DNA of 32,000 bases from Trichodesmium erythraeum IMS101 (GCF_000014265.1 NC_008312.1:690001-722000); one strand, 5' to 3'; positions 20,834-31,507 are shown, numbered from the stretch's first letter. The notes: a model not told the origin generated them from the letters alone. Numbers and translations are program-made.

Positions 20834-21072
20834 TTTGCCCCTCAATATTTAGTAATATTGCCTTCAATAAACATTATAACTTGATTATTTTATCAATAAC
20901 AATAAGAATATTTTAAACCACATTCGGGACGTCAACTTGTAACATTAAAAGTAGTAGCTTGCTAAGTATTTATAATATATAAATCATCTTTTTTATGAAG
21001 TTAACAATTTGTTATCCATAACCTCGCACCTGTTGTTGTCATTAGGTTATTTTATATTAGAAAAAATTAAAA

Positions 21073-21261
21073 TCAATTGCCTGATATTTCCTTCATTTTT
21101 AGTAAAAAGTTTAGCCAACCTTGGTGCATTAGCCAAAACATATAAAACCCTACTAAAAAATTACTAATAATAATCAGAGAAAAACTTCTAATTTGCCATG
21201 CTATAGCTATCAACACACCCAATAGCAAAGAAATTACAATTACAGTATACAGCTCCAGCAT
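21073..21261 (-). CDS. Hypothetical small membrane protein (62 aa, two hydrophobic helices)
   Basis: ORF track. Hydrophobic segments are LYTVIVISLLLGVLIAIAW and FSLIIISNFLVGFYMFWLM. I recognise no homology, so the coding status is uncertain. Confidence 0.35.
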   Translation of the reverse strand: MLELYTVIVISLLLGVLIAIAWQIRSFSLIIISNFLVGFYMFWLMHQGWLNFLLKMKEISGN

Positions 21262-21287
21262 TATTTAAATTTTCCTTCATGAAATCT

Positions 21288-21317
21288 AAAAGGTTCCCTA
21301 TTTCTAGAGAACCTTTT
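21288..21317 (-). terminator. Hairpin downstream of tkt (9-bp stem AAAAGGTTC/GAACCTTTT, 12-nt loop); candidate intrinsic terminator
   Basis: The inverted repeat is perfect. On the minus strand the stem is followed by TTTTAGATTT. It lies about 140 nt after the tkt stop. Confidence 0.5.
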
Positions 21318-21456
21318 AATTATAATTGATAATTTGAGATAGCTAATAGGCAGATATAGCAAGCACTACAATTAAGGCATAAAACTTTACAGATAATAGC
21401 TTAAAAATTTAAACCCTAACTGATAGCCGATCGCTATAAACAACCCACCATCAAAA

Positions 21457-23475
21457 TTAACCCAACAATGCCTTAGCCTTAGCTACAATGTTATCAACAG
21501 TAAATCCAAACTTTTCCAGTACCACACCGCCAGGAGCAGAAGCACCAAAAGTATCAACACTCAAAGTCGCACCTTCATCAGTCACATAACGATGCCAACC
21601 AAAACTAACACCTGCTTCCACTGCCAAACGCTTCTTCACAGACGCAGGGAACACAGACTCCTTATAAGCTGCATCCTGCTCTTCAAATAATTCCCAACAT
21701 GGCATAGAAACTACCCGAACCTTCTTACCTTCAGCACGAAGTTTTTCACCAGCTTCCACACATTGGTAAGTTTCACCACCAGTACCAATAAGAATAATGT
21801 CAGGAGTACCCTCGCTGTCACTAAGCACATAAGCACCTTTAGCAACCGCATCAATAGAACTACCAGCTAAATTAGGTAAACCTTGACGAGATAATGCTAA
21901 CAGAGTCGGTTGAGGATGACTTGCTTTAGCTTTTTCTACTGCAATCTTATAAGCCCCAGAAGTTTCATTACCATCTGCTGGACGAATAACTATCAGTTGT
22001 GGAATCAAACGTAAGGATGCAATATGTTCAACTGGTTGGTGAGTCGGTCCGTCTTCACCCAAAGCGATGGAGTCGTGAGTCATTACCCAAATAACACCAG
22101 CTTCAGCTAAAGCAGATAAACGGATAGAGTTCCGCATATAGTCAGTAAACACCAAGAAAGTTGCACCATAAGAAATTAACCCAGAACCGTGTAGAGCAAT
22201 ACCGTTACAAATTGCTCCCATTCCATGTTCCCGAACCCCAAAGCGCACATTTCGGTTTTGGTATTGACCTTTTTGAAAATCTCCTAAACCCTTGAGTAAA
22301 GTTTTGTTAGAAGGAGCCAAGTCAGCAGAACCACCAATTAATTCTGGTAAAACTCCAGCTATTGCGTTGAGTGTTGCACCAGACTGGTTACGAGTAGCAT
22401 CTTTCTTACTTTCAGGAGTATATTTAGGTAGTGCATCCGCCCAACCTTCAGGTAGTTTACCACTTACCATCCGTTCTAAAGTAGCTGCATCTTCAGGATA
22501 CTTAGACTTATACTCAGAGAATAATTGATTCCATTCTTCCTCATATTTAGCTCCTCGCTCAACTGCTTTGCGGAAGTGACTGAGAGCATCTGGTGGAACC
22601 TCAAACTCTGGATATTCCCAACCAAGATGTTTCCGAGTTGCTGCCACCTCATCAGGACCTAGTGCCGCACCATGTACATCGTGAGTATCAGCTTTATTAG
22701 GAGAACCGTAACCAATAATAGTAGTAACTTTAATTAGGGAAGGTTTGTCAGTAACTGCTTTTGCTTTTTCAATAGCTTCAGCGATCGCTTCTAAATTAGT
22801 ATTACCATCGCTAACGTGCTGAACGTGCCAACCATAAGCTTCAAAACGTTTACCTACATCTTCAGTAAAAGAAATATCAGTGTGACCATCAATAGAGATA
22901 TGGTTATCATCATAGAAAGCAATTAACTTACCTAAACCCCAGTGTCCGGCAAGGGAGCAAGCTTCACCAGAAATCCCCTCCATATTACAACCATCACCCA
23001 CAATTACATAAGTATAATGGTCAATGAGATTACAATCTGGCTTATTAAATACAGCAGCTAAATGAGCTTCAGCTGCAGCTAATCCTACAGCATTAGCAAT
23101 ACCTTGTCCTAGTGGCCCAGTAGTAACTTCAATACCTTCAGTAATATGATTTTCTGGATGGCCAGGAGTTTTAGAATTCCACTGACGGAATTGTTTAATT
23201 TCCTCTATAGGTACACTGTCATAACCAGTCAAGTGCATCAAAGCATACTGTAACATACAGCCGTGGCCAGCAGAGAGAACAAAGCGATCGCGATTTAACC
23301 ATTTAGGATTTTTGGGGTTAAACCGCATCAACTTATCCCAAAGGACAAAGGCCATTGGTGCCGCACCCATTGGTAGTCCTGGATGGCCAGAATTAGCTTT
23401 TTGGACTGCATCAATTGCTAAAAAGCGAATAGAGTTAATGCAAAGTTCTTCAAGTGATTGAGTTGCAACAGCCAT
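21457..23475 (-). CDS. tkt: Transketolase
   Basis: 672 aa. Motifs: NSGHPG, the ThDP motif [10 protein letters not shown], and [12 protein letters not shown]. It looks like a full-length canonical TktA. Confidence 0.95.
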   Translation of the reverse strand: MAVATQSLEELCINSIRFLAIDAVQKANSGHPGLPMGAAPMAFVLWDKLMRFNPKNPKWLNRDRFVLSAGHGCMLQYALMHLTGYDSVPIEEIKQFRQWNSKTPGHPENHITEGIEVTTGPLGQGIANAVGLAAAEAHLAAVFNKPDCNLIDHYTYVIVGDGCNMEGISGEACSLAGHWGLGKLIAFYDDNHISIDGHTDISFTEDVGKRFEAYGWHVQHVSDGNTNLEAIAEAIEKAKAVTDKPSLIKVTTIIGYGSPNKADTHDVHGAALGPDEVAATRKHLGWEYPEFEVPPDALSHFRKAVERGAKYEEEWNQLFSEYKSKYPEDAATLERMVSGKLPEGWADALPKYTPESKKDATRNQSGATLNAIAGVLPELIGGSADLAPSNKTLLKGLGDFQKGQYQNRNVRFGVREHGMGAICNGIALHGSGLISYGATFLVFTDYMRNSIRLSALAEAGVIWVMTHDSIALGEDGPTHQPVEHIASLRLIPQLIVIRPADGNETSGAYKIAVEKAKASHPQPTLLALSRQGLPNLAGSSIDAVAKGAYVLSDSEGTPDIILIGTGGETYQCVEAGEKLRAEGKKVRVVSMPCWELFEEQDAAYKESVFPASVKKRLAVEAGVSFGWHRYVTDEGATLSVDTFGASAPGGVVLEKFGFTVDNIVAKAKALLG

Positions 23476-24904
23476 AGTTATCGTTATCTATATAATTAAT
23501 CAAGTGTGTAAATGCCAGAGCTGATCAACCAGATATTTTTCTACAGTGATATTTGTCTGGAATGTTTCTCAAGCCATATACATTACAGATCATCTCACCT
23601 GTGGGGAACTCTAGGCAAGAGAAGTTATCAAGTTAAAATTTTTCCGGCCATCTGCAGTTAAACTTATGATATTGACTATACTTATTATTGTTAAATGAAA
23701 AGTTAATTAACTGTTGCTTAAGTTACTTTGGAGAGTATTTGTCAAGCAAATATTAAGAAGGTTAGAAAACTTTCCTTGCAATACTTATGGAGTTTTTGGA
23801 GGTTTTTCCTACGACAATATTTTTTCGTATCTTTTACTGGTTGAGTGAAAAAAAGTTACATTTGGCTTTGATGTATCATAAAGCATCAGAATTAATACTT
23901 ACATACCCAAACAATCAACTGGGTTTATTGTCCTAATTATTTTTGTTCTCTCTCCTCACCTTCTGCTGATAACCTGGTTTCTACATAATTCCTACCTAAT
24001 GATCATATTGATTATCTAAAATTGTAGTGAAGTAAATTCTAATTAATACTGTCTATATCACCCTACTTTTGCAACTCTTATCAAATATTCAGTAAATATA
24101 TATTTTGCTAGTTTGATAATATAAACTCATGTAGTAAATTTTATAAAATCTGATACTTCAATAACTATCCCATTAAACTAGAGTTTCTAAAATATACAAA
24201 AAACACAGGGGATGACTTTCTAAATTTAACGCTAAAATTAAATATGTTTGTGCCTATTTTAGACATAGTTTTTATATTAATTTAGTCATAAAATGTTAAA
24301 TAATTTTGCTATAAATATCATATTTTCTGGTATAATAATCATCATATCTAAACCCCAATATCTTTTTGATAAAAGCTTTCATGGTTTATATCATTAATTT
24401 ATATGGGAGAAAATTTGCGGAATCGAACTGAAGCTAAGTTTGATAAATATAGTATATAATTTATAGTTATAAACATATAATAAACCACAAAAATAAAACA
24501 TAGATTTTGTAGATTGAAAGGTATAAATAAAGAGTTAAATGTTAAGAAATTAAATTATTTTAACTTCAGTTCATTCCATGATAGAGATATTAATGAAACT
24601 ATTAACATTTTGAATATAGCTTCACCCAAAATCTAGGTTGAAATAATCAAGAAAATAAGATAAAAAAAAACCAGTTCAACTATTACTTTTTGTTTGTCTA
24701 ATAGAACAGAGTTCTATGTTCTATCCAGTCGCAGAGGGACAAACCGAGATAATTAAATAGAAAAGGAGGAAACGTCAGACTGCCTCTAAGTCAACAGATT
24801 TTAATAAGTCGTCAACTGACCCTGACTTTAGCCAACTTTAGTTATTTTGATGAATAGGACCCTCTGTTGTCTCCTAGAATAACCGAGGGAGAATATAAAT
24901 CTAA

Positions 24905-25075
24905 ATGCTACTCCCCGATCCAATTGTCGTTATTCCCAGTATTCCTAATTGCAGCATTAAAGTTATTAGGCCATTCATACTTTATAGTCAGTGGACTTAT
25001 CAAAATTATGGAATTCTTGACAGAATACATCTGAGATTTTTTATCGAAAAATTGGGTTTAAAGCTTCCTCCATAA
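24905..25075 (+). pseudogene. Possible relic of a class I SAM-dependent methyltransferase C-terminus (56 codons)
   Basis: This short ORF is below the track cut-off. It reads MLLPDPIVVIPSIPNCSIKVIRPFILYSQWTYQNYGILDRIHLRFFIEKLGLKLPP. The GILDR(T/I)HLRFF(T) block resembles a motif I recall from Methyltransf_11/23-type proteins. It lies isolated in a 2.9-kb gene-free stretch. Confidence 0.25.
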
Positions 25076-26383
25076 GCAGGGGATTTTTAGTTGTTTTTTT
25101 TGAATGTATATATTAAAGTTTTGCTAATTAATCTTGTGCCTATATTCTAGTATGGGGTTTTGTGGTTAATGAAAAACAATCCTTTTTCATTGCTTCTCAA
25201 ATCTCTGAAGTCTAAGATAAAATTTCCCATTACTATTAGACTTATATAAGCTTTTAGTTTAGATTAAACCCAAAAATTGCTATCCTGCCTGAGGTATTAT
25301 TATCTATTAGTAGTATGCTTTATTTGATTGTGAATACTGTGGCTTAATTTGTGAAGCGTGACTTAAATGCTACGTGACTTAAATGCTAATTGAAATCTAA
25401 TTATGGAGTTCATTAACTAAAGGTTTGCCAGGGAAGTTTGATAATGCCGATGTAGCTAGGTTAAAGCAGGAAAAGAACTCATATCAGCAAGCATCTTCAG
25501 AGATTTATGTAAATAATTGTAAGTTTCTTAGAACAGTAGTAGTTATGCATAAAATGGGCATGGAGTCAAGTATAAGGCTAGGATCAAGTTTCCTCTCATC
25601 GGAATGAAAAGTATTAACTTTTTACACATCAAGGGACTGAAGACTTTCTACTGTCAAGAACCCCTCCGGGTCTAACAGCTAGGGAGTATCAAAAAATTGT
25701 ATAGCAGATATATTTTTGTCTGATTTGAAACCTATTGTTCCATAACACTTATACCCCATGTCAAAATTTAGTATTTCGTATGAACCATTCTTTGCTTTGT
25801 CTGAAGATAACTATGAAAATTATAGGTTAAAATATTTATGACATTTTAATAATAATAATTTTTGTTATTATTAATAATAGAAGCGGTAATAATTTTTTTT
25901 CTAACAACTGATACGCAGCAACCTAACTTAATCCTTAACAACCTATACTATTACTTTTAGTGCTAAACATACCTTGAAAATTCACCGTATAAATTTATCT
26001 ACTGAGAGGTTATCTTAGAGAAAACCTATCTAAATTTGCTTGTAAGTACTATAATTTTAAGTAAAGTATATTGTTAAAAAGCAAGGGTATACCAAGTTTA
26101 TTGAGATTACCCCAGGTTTATTAACAATATGCATTGGCCCTGGGGAGTATATCCGAATTTTGACAAGCTATTCTTGTAAGCCTTTGACTACATATGTCCT
26201 TAAAGTGATCGGCACTAAGAGAAGCTCATTAGCAAAACTCAGGCACGGAAAATACTTAAAATACTTATCAGGGATTAGGCCACAAGATGATTTGATCGTC
26301 AGCATCCCTAATCACGAGCTAAATGTTATATTCAGGTATGATTATTAGCTTTAGATTCCAAACTATAAACCTTCTTTTAGTAT

Positions 26384-27634
26384 TTATCGATATTTTTTAA
26401 ATGCCAGAGTCACATTATGGCCTCCAAATCCAAATGAATTAGATAAAGCTACTTCTATTATTTGAGAGCGACTTTTTTTGGGGACATAATCTAGGTCACA
26501 CTCTGGATCAGGATTATCCAAATTAATAGTTGGTGGGATTTTATCATTGGCGATCGCCATTACTGTAGCGATCGCTTCAATACCTCCAGAGCCACCCAAT
26601 AAATGGCCAGTCATTGACTTAGTTGAACTAATTGCTACCTGAGAGGCACTTTCTCCTAGTACCTTTTTGATGGCTTTTGTTTCTGTTGTATCGTTTGCTC
26701 GTGTACTGGTACCATGAGCATTTATATAACTAATTTGTGCAGGAGTTAAGCCAGCGTCTTTCATTGCTAATTGGATAGCTCTAGTTGCCCCCTCTCCATC
26801 AGGTACTGGGGAAGTCATGTGATAGGCATCACAGGTCATACCATAACCGACCATCTCTGCATATATTCTTGCTCCCCTACTAAGAGCACATTCTAATTCT
26901 TCTAAGATTAGAATACCTGCACCTTCACCCATGACAAAGCCATCGCGATCGCGGTCAAAAGGACGACTGGCAGAAGTGGGGTCATCATTACGAGTAGACA
27001 AAGCCTTAACAGAAGAAAATCCTGCTAATCCCAAAGGTGTTACTGGAGATTCAGTTCCACCACAAATCATTGCTTGAGCATATCCTCTTTGGATCAAACG
27101 GAAAGCATCTCCTATAGCATTTGACCCAGAAGCACAAGCAGTCATAGTACAAGAATTTGGTCCTTTAGCCCCAGTATGAATTGCTGTTAGACCTGCGGCC
27201 ATATTAGCAATCATCATCGGAATCATAAAAGGACTACACTTATTAGGGCCACGATTTAAATATATTTCTTGCTGGTCTTCTAAGACTTTAATGCCACCCA
27301 CCCCAGTACCAATAATTACTCCCACCTGTTCTGCGTTTAGATCGTTGATTTCAAATTTTGCATCAGCAATTGTCTGTTTGCTGGCTGCAACTGCAAACTG
27401 AGTAAAGCGGTCCATGTGTTTTGCCTGTTTGCGATCCATATGTTCAAGAGGGTCAAAGCCTTTGACCTCTGCCGCAATACAACATTTGTGTTTAGAACTA
27501 TCAAATAGGGTTATTTTGTCTACACCACTTTTACCGTTTAATAAACCATCCCAATATTCAGACAGAGTGTTGCCAATTGGTGTTATTGCACCCATTCCTG
27601 TGACAACTACCCGTTTAAGCTCTTTGTTTGTCAT
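26384..27634 (-). CDS. fabF: 3-oxoacyl-[ACP] synthase II (KAS II)
   Basis: Motifs: RVVVTGMG..., the active-site Cys in TMTACASGSNAIG, HMTSP and NAHGTST (the His-His pair), and GFGGHN. The track ORF begins 11 codons upstream (27667). ATG 27634 (MTNKELKRVVVTG) fits the family N-terminus better. Confidence 0.93.
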   Translation of the reverse strand: MTNKELKRVVVTGMGAITPIGNTLSEYWDGLLNGKSGVDKITLFDSSKHKCCIAAEVKGFDPLEHMDRKQAKHMDRFTQFAVAASKQTIADAKFEINDLNAEQVGVIIGTGVGGIKVLEDQQEIYLNRGPNKCSPFMIPMMIANMAAGLTAIHTGAKGPNSCTMTACASGSNAIGDAFRLIQRGYAQAMICGGTESPVTPLGLAGFSSVKALSTRNDDPTSASRPFDRDRDGFVMGEGAGILILEELECALSRGARIYAEMVGYGMTCDAYHMTSPVPDGEGATRAIQLAMKDAGLTPAQISYINAHGTSTRANDTTETKAIKKVLGESASQVAISSTKSMTGHLLGGSGGIEAIATVMAIANDKIPPTINLDNPDPECDLDYVPKKSRSQIIEVALSNSFGFGGHNVTLAFKKYR

Positions 27635-27732
27635 ATTTTTTTTATTTTTAGTTTTCAGAAATTCCACACGTAGAACCCAGAACCCAGAAACTTTGGGCTT
27701 AGACGTTTTATAGCGTTATACTTCTTGAACTG

Positions 27733-27898
27733 GACTTACACATTACTGCTATATATAGTGTATTTTTTGTAATTATTTCAGATATTTCTACTATGATTAG
27801 TGTCTTTGCACAACTACTGTTGAGGTATAACCCTAGTTATCTCAACCTTATAGCTCTCTGCTTCAAAAGTTGAAAAAAGCTATGGTCTCCACAGATAG
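27733..27898 (+). repeat. Dispersed repeat, copy Y (GACTTACACAT...), in the acpP-fabF spacer; homologous to 12529-12650
   Basis: See copy X: 71/93 identities over the first 93 nt. Relative to X, this copy carries an extra ~45 nt that contains the inverted repeat GTTGAG...CTCAAC. Confidence 0.75.
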
Positions 27899-27968
27899 AA
27901 AGAATTAAATCTACCACCTTCTTGTATCAGAAATTCTTTGACTCACCTAACACCAATAGAGAGTTTTA

Positions 27969-27996
27969 GATATTCATGCCTTAAGGCATGAATATC
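27969..27996. repeat. 28-bp perfect palindrome GATATTCATGCCTTAAGGCATGAATATC
   Basis: Read directly. Every position pairs with its mirror. It lies in the acpP-fabF spacer. Confidence 0.9.
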
Positions 27997-28103
27997 GGAA
28001 TTTAAGGCTATACTCTATCTTAATTATTAATATTTTGTGAGAGAGTTTCATAGTTACTACTACTGAGTAAGTTTAATATCATAGCATTAATCGTCAATAG
28101 AAA

Positions 28104-28207
28104 AGGACTTACCTATCCAAATAATGAACAGTATTTATTGACCTAATTATTATTTTTTTTGCTCTGGCGGATATTTTGTGGATCAACTAGGTTTCTGGGT
28201 AAGTCCT
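28104..28207. mobile_element. MITE-like 104-bp unit bounded by 10-bp inverted repeats AGGACTTACC / GGTAAGTCCT
   Basis: The inverted termini were read directly (28104-28113 and 28198-28207). The same GACTTAC core begins both copies of the X/Y repeat (12529, 27733). There is no coding capacity. The MITE assignment is inference. Confidence 0.35.
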
Positions 28208-28269
28208 ATCTAAAAAAACACTCAAATCTTGGCTACCCTTTAATTTTCTGAGTCCCCAGAAACTAATAG

Positions 28270-28294
28270 CCCGTTAAGCTAAAGCTATAACGGG
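28270..28294 (-). terminator. Hairpin just downstream of acpP (7-bp stem CCCGTTA/TAACGGG, 11-nt loop); possible attenuator or terminator
   Basis: It lies about 36 nt after the acpP stop on the minus strand. Only a weak U-rich tail follows (CTATTAGTTTCT). Confidence 0.35.
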
Positions 28295-28329
28295 ATACTA
28301 TTTTCCAACACATTTAAAGTAGTAAATAA

Positions 28330-28596
28330 TTATTTTTCCAGTTTTATTTTTCCATCATCCATCTTGTTTTGAATATAATCCACAGCAGCTTGGACAGTAG
28401 TAATTTTTTCTGCTTCTTCATCTGGAATCTCTGTACCAAATTCTTCTTCCAATGCCATGACTAATTCTACAGTATCTAAAGAATCAGCTCCTAGATCGTT
28501 AGCAAAACTCGATTCTGGCGTGACTTCTTTTTGGTCTTTTTCCAGTTGTTTAGCCACAATTTCCATGACTTTCGCCGGAACACTATCGTTGGTCAT
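28330..28596 (-). CDS. acpP: Acyl carrier protein
   Basis: It has the phosphopantetheine attachment motif [21 protein letters not shown]. It is 88 aa, with a short lysine-rich C-terminal tail. Confidence 0.95.
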   Translation of the reverse strand: MTNDSVPAKVMEIVAKQLEKDQKEVTPESSFANDLGADSLDTVELVMALEEEFGTEIPDEEAEKITTVQAAVDYIQNKMDDGKIKLEK

Positions 28597-29130
28597 AAAA
28601 TTTTCTCCTTACTTGAAATTATTTAAATGTTGCGTTTCCAATTTTATCTGAAACTAGGTTAAAACTAACAATTAATTATGGCAATTGAGTATCTTTGACA
28701 TCGTTTCCAGCTTAAAGCTAAGGAGATTACTATCGCTCCTTAACTATTGGGTAGGCTAACGCTTTAGGCGATACTGCTAATTGGCATTAGTCTTTCCTTT
28801 TCCTGTAGGTCTATTTTTTTATTCTCAATGCTTTCGAGAGACTCAACAAAATCTGTTGCAGCATTTTGGTGTTTATCATGTTTGCTGCCATATTTCAAAC
28901 ATTTCAACTAAAGTTTCTCTACAACAGAGAAGCTGAAAACCTATTTTTCAGTTAATTTCTTTAATTTTTTACTATTATCACAAGCTTATTACTTTTGTCA
29001 AAGTATTTTCTTGGTTTTGGCGCAAATTATTTATGATAATCATAAACCTATATTATAAATCAATATAGAATAGATTAATATCATTAAAATCATCACATAT
29101 ATTTTAACAGCTAATTTTTTAGTTAATGTA

Positions 29131-30036
29131 ATGTCTGCTCAAATACTCAAATATGCTTACTTTCCTGGTTGTGTAGCTCAAGGTGCTTGCCGAGAGCTTT
29201 ATCAGTCTACCCAAGTTCTTACCCAAGTCCTGGGAATAGAGCTAGTAGAACTCAAAAAGGCTGCTTGTTGTGGGTCTGGTACTTTTAAAGAAGACTCTCA
29301 ACTATTAGAAGATACTGTTAACGCTCGTAACATAGCTTTGGCTGAGGAACTAAATTTACCCTTATTAACCCATTGTAGCACTTGTCAAGGGGTTATTGGA
29401 CATGTGGATGAGCGTCTTAAAGAATCCCAACAAACTGAACCAGCTTACTTAGAACAAATCAATGGCCTCTTACAAAAACAAAGTTGTTCTCCTTATCAAG
29501 GCAGTACAGAGGTTAAACATCTACTATGGGCATTAGTGGCAGATTATGGTCTTAAGGAAATCCAAAGTCGTGTCACTCGTAAGCTCTCCGGCCTCAAATG
29601 CGCTGCTTTCTATGGTTGCTATTTACTTAGAGGTCAAAGTAATTTACTTTATGATGACCCTTATCAACCAGAGTCTATGGAAAATGTGTTTCGGGCTATT
29701 GGAGCTACCCCAATTTATTATCGAGGACGGACTCAATGTTGTGGTTGGCCTCTTTCTAGTTATGCTACTAATCAGGCTTTCCAGATGGCCGGAAATCATA
29801 TTAGTGAAGCTATTGACAAAGGTGCAGATTGTATGGTAACCCCTTGTCCTTTATGTCACTTAAATTTAGATTCCCGTCAACCAGAAGTAGAGAGAGTGAT
29901 TGGCCATAAGTTAGGTTTACCAGTATTACACTTACCCCAATTAATAGCTTTAGCTTTAGGCATTTCTCCAAAGGAACTAGGATTAGATCGTCATATAGTT
30001 TCAACTCGTCCAGTATTAGAAAAGTTGGAACTTTAA
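29131..30036 (+). CDS. HdrB-like / SdhE-type protein with two CCG domains (heterodisulfide-reductase subunit B family)
   Basis: There are two cysteine-rich CCG repeats: ...CCGSGTF...CSTCQ and ...QCCGWP...CPLCH. The N-terminus YFPGCVA is typical of the family. Confidence 0.8.
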   Translation: MSAQILKYAYFPGCVAQGACRELYQSTQVLTQVLGIELVELKKAACCGSGTFKEDSQLLEDTVNARNIALAEELNLPLLTHCSTCQGVIGHVDERLKESQQTEPAYLEQINGLLQKQSCSPYQGSTEVKHLLWALVADYGLKEIQSRVTRKLSGLKCAAFYGCYLLRGQSNLLYDDPYQPESMENVFRAIGATPIYYRGRTQCCGWPLSSYATNQAFQMAGNHISEAIDKGADCMVTPCPLCHLNLDSRQPEVERVIGHKLGLPVLHLPQLIALALGISPKELGLDRHIVSTRPVLEKLEL

Positions 30037-30174
30037 ATAATTCACTAGTTACTACTAGATAATTGAGATACTTTAAGTTTTTCAACAATGTTTATCAGTG
30101 ATCAGAACCAGTAAGGTAAACTAAATCGAGGCATTAACATCTAAAAACTTGCTGTTATATCTGCCTTTGAGTAG

Positions 30175-30456
<282 letters not shown>

Positions 30457-30527
30457 TACTAACTTCCCTCTATTAATTTTTGGTTGGAAATTTAATAGGA
30501 GGGAGGGAAAACCTTATGTGACATACT

Positions 30528-30566
30528 CCCGCACTAAGCTGAGGCTATAGTGTGGGCTTTTTGTTT
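30528..30566 (+). terminator. Intrinsic terminator candidate downstream of psaC
   Basis: The stem CCCGCACTA (30528-30536) pairs with TAGTGTGGG (30548-30556), 9 bp including one G-U. The loop is 11 nt and is followed by CTTTTTGTTT. Confidence 0.6.
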
Positions 30567-31507
30567 CCCAGTACTCCTCAATAGGTTAAATAAACTCCAA
30601 GATTTTTCAGGACTCAACGCCCTGTCGCTGTATTTTTTATATTTATTGCCACCTTTAGATCGTGGTCTATATACTATGGCACAAGGCCAAAATTAGTTTT
30701 GTGGGATACAGCATTTGGCCACAGTTAGAGCGGAGAATGCTTAACTATTTCTTTAAAAATAACAAAAAAAGTTTAGTTATTCAAAGTAAAATTTGCTTCG
30801 TTTGAATTGAAGGATATTTCAATTCACCAATGGGCATATATTTTTAGTTAATTTACTTAATAAAATTAAACCATGTTTTTTCTAATTTTTTTTCTGATTA
30901 CCACTAGAAAATGACTGGTATTAAAAATTAGGTAAAAGTAAGACTAGGGTCAAGTCTGCCGATCGCTACTTAAGTTGCATAAACTCTGTGAAAAGTCAAC
31001 TCCTATCACACCTTTGAGTGGCTATAACTCCTCACGGCTAATAGCTCGGGAGGATGTTAAATGAAACATAAATTCTGTGATTCTTAAATGGAGAATGGTT
31101 TGAGCTATTTGCATCTATTTTCCGGCCCTAAAATAATCAACTGGCAGATGGTGTTGTAGTTCACTCTCTAGTTAGGGATGCTGGAGCCCTTGCTCCTATA
31201 AGTGGCCTAATTTCTGATAAGTCAAAACCGATCTGGGTTTTGCCAATTAACTGTTTTGAGTGGTAAAAGCACTTACAAAAAGAGCTTGTCAACTTTGGGA
31301 GATACCCTATCAGTAGACAGCTTTCTACTGTGTATTGTTAAAAATTTAGAGGACACTAATACTATCGGGACTAATTTACCCCTATTTTTTGATTTTTTTG
31401 GCCATTGGTCATAATTCCATAAACATTTAACTTATCCTGTGGAATAAGTAAATTTGAGGGAATATATCTTAAATAGTGATTAAAAATTAATAGGAGTAAA
31501 AAATTAA

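Noticed and set aside
24417-24428. GCGGAATCGAAC, whose reverse complement GTTCGATTCCGC resembles a tRNA T-loop, with ...CTCCCA nearby.
   Set aside because: The flanks do not form a T-stem (TTCAG versus CCGCA do not pair), and no acceptor stem or anticodon arm can be drawn. It is not a tRNA, and at most a scrap of one.
25425-26348. ORFs 25425-25607 and 26160-26348 in the fabF-tkt gap.
   Set aside because: I recognise no motifs or homology. They start at non-ATG codons in the track and lie isolated in apparently decayed DNA. At best they are relic fragments.
4791-30088. Track ORFs lying antisense to, or out of frame within, strong genes: 4791-5030, 10143-10349, 11257-11445, 16153-16419, 18117-18341, 20338-20562, 20601-20852, 22292-22528, 27414-27713, 28457-28651, 29546-29839 and 29810-30088.
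   Set aside because: Each is fully or largely nested in a well-supported gene with clear family motifs. They are short, have odd composition and carry no recognisable motifs, so they are shadow ORFs.
30573-31035. Three ACTCCT(C)A-type motifs (30573-30580, 30999-31011 as ACTCCTATCACAC, 31027-31035) reminiscent of the Yfr1 sRNA core ACUCCUCACAC.
   Set aside because: None reproduces the 11-nt core exactly. I could not draw the two flanking stem-loops or a terminator that define Yfr1, and the genomic context is not one I can tie to Yfr1.
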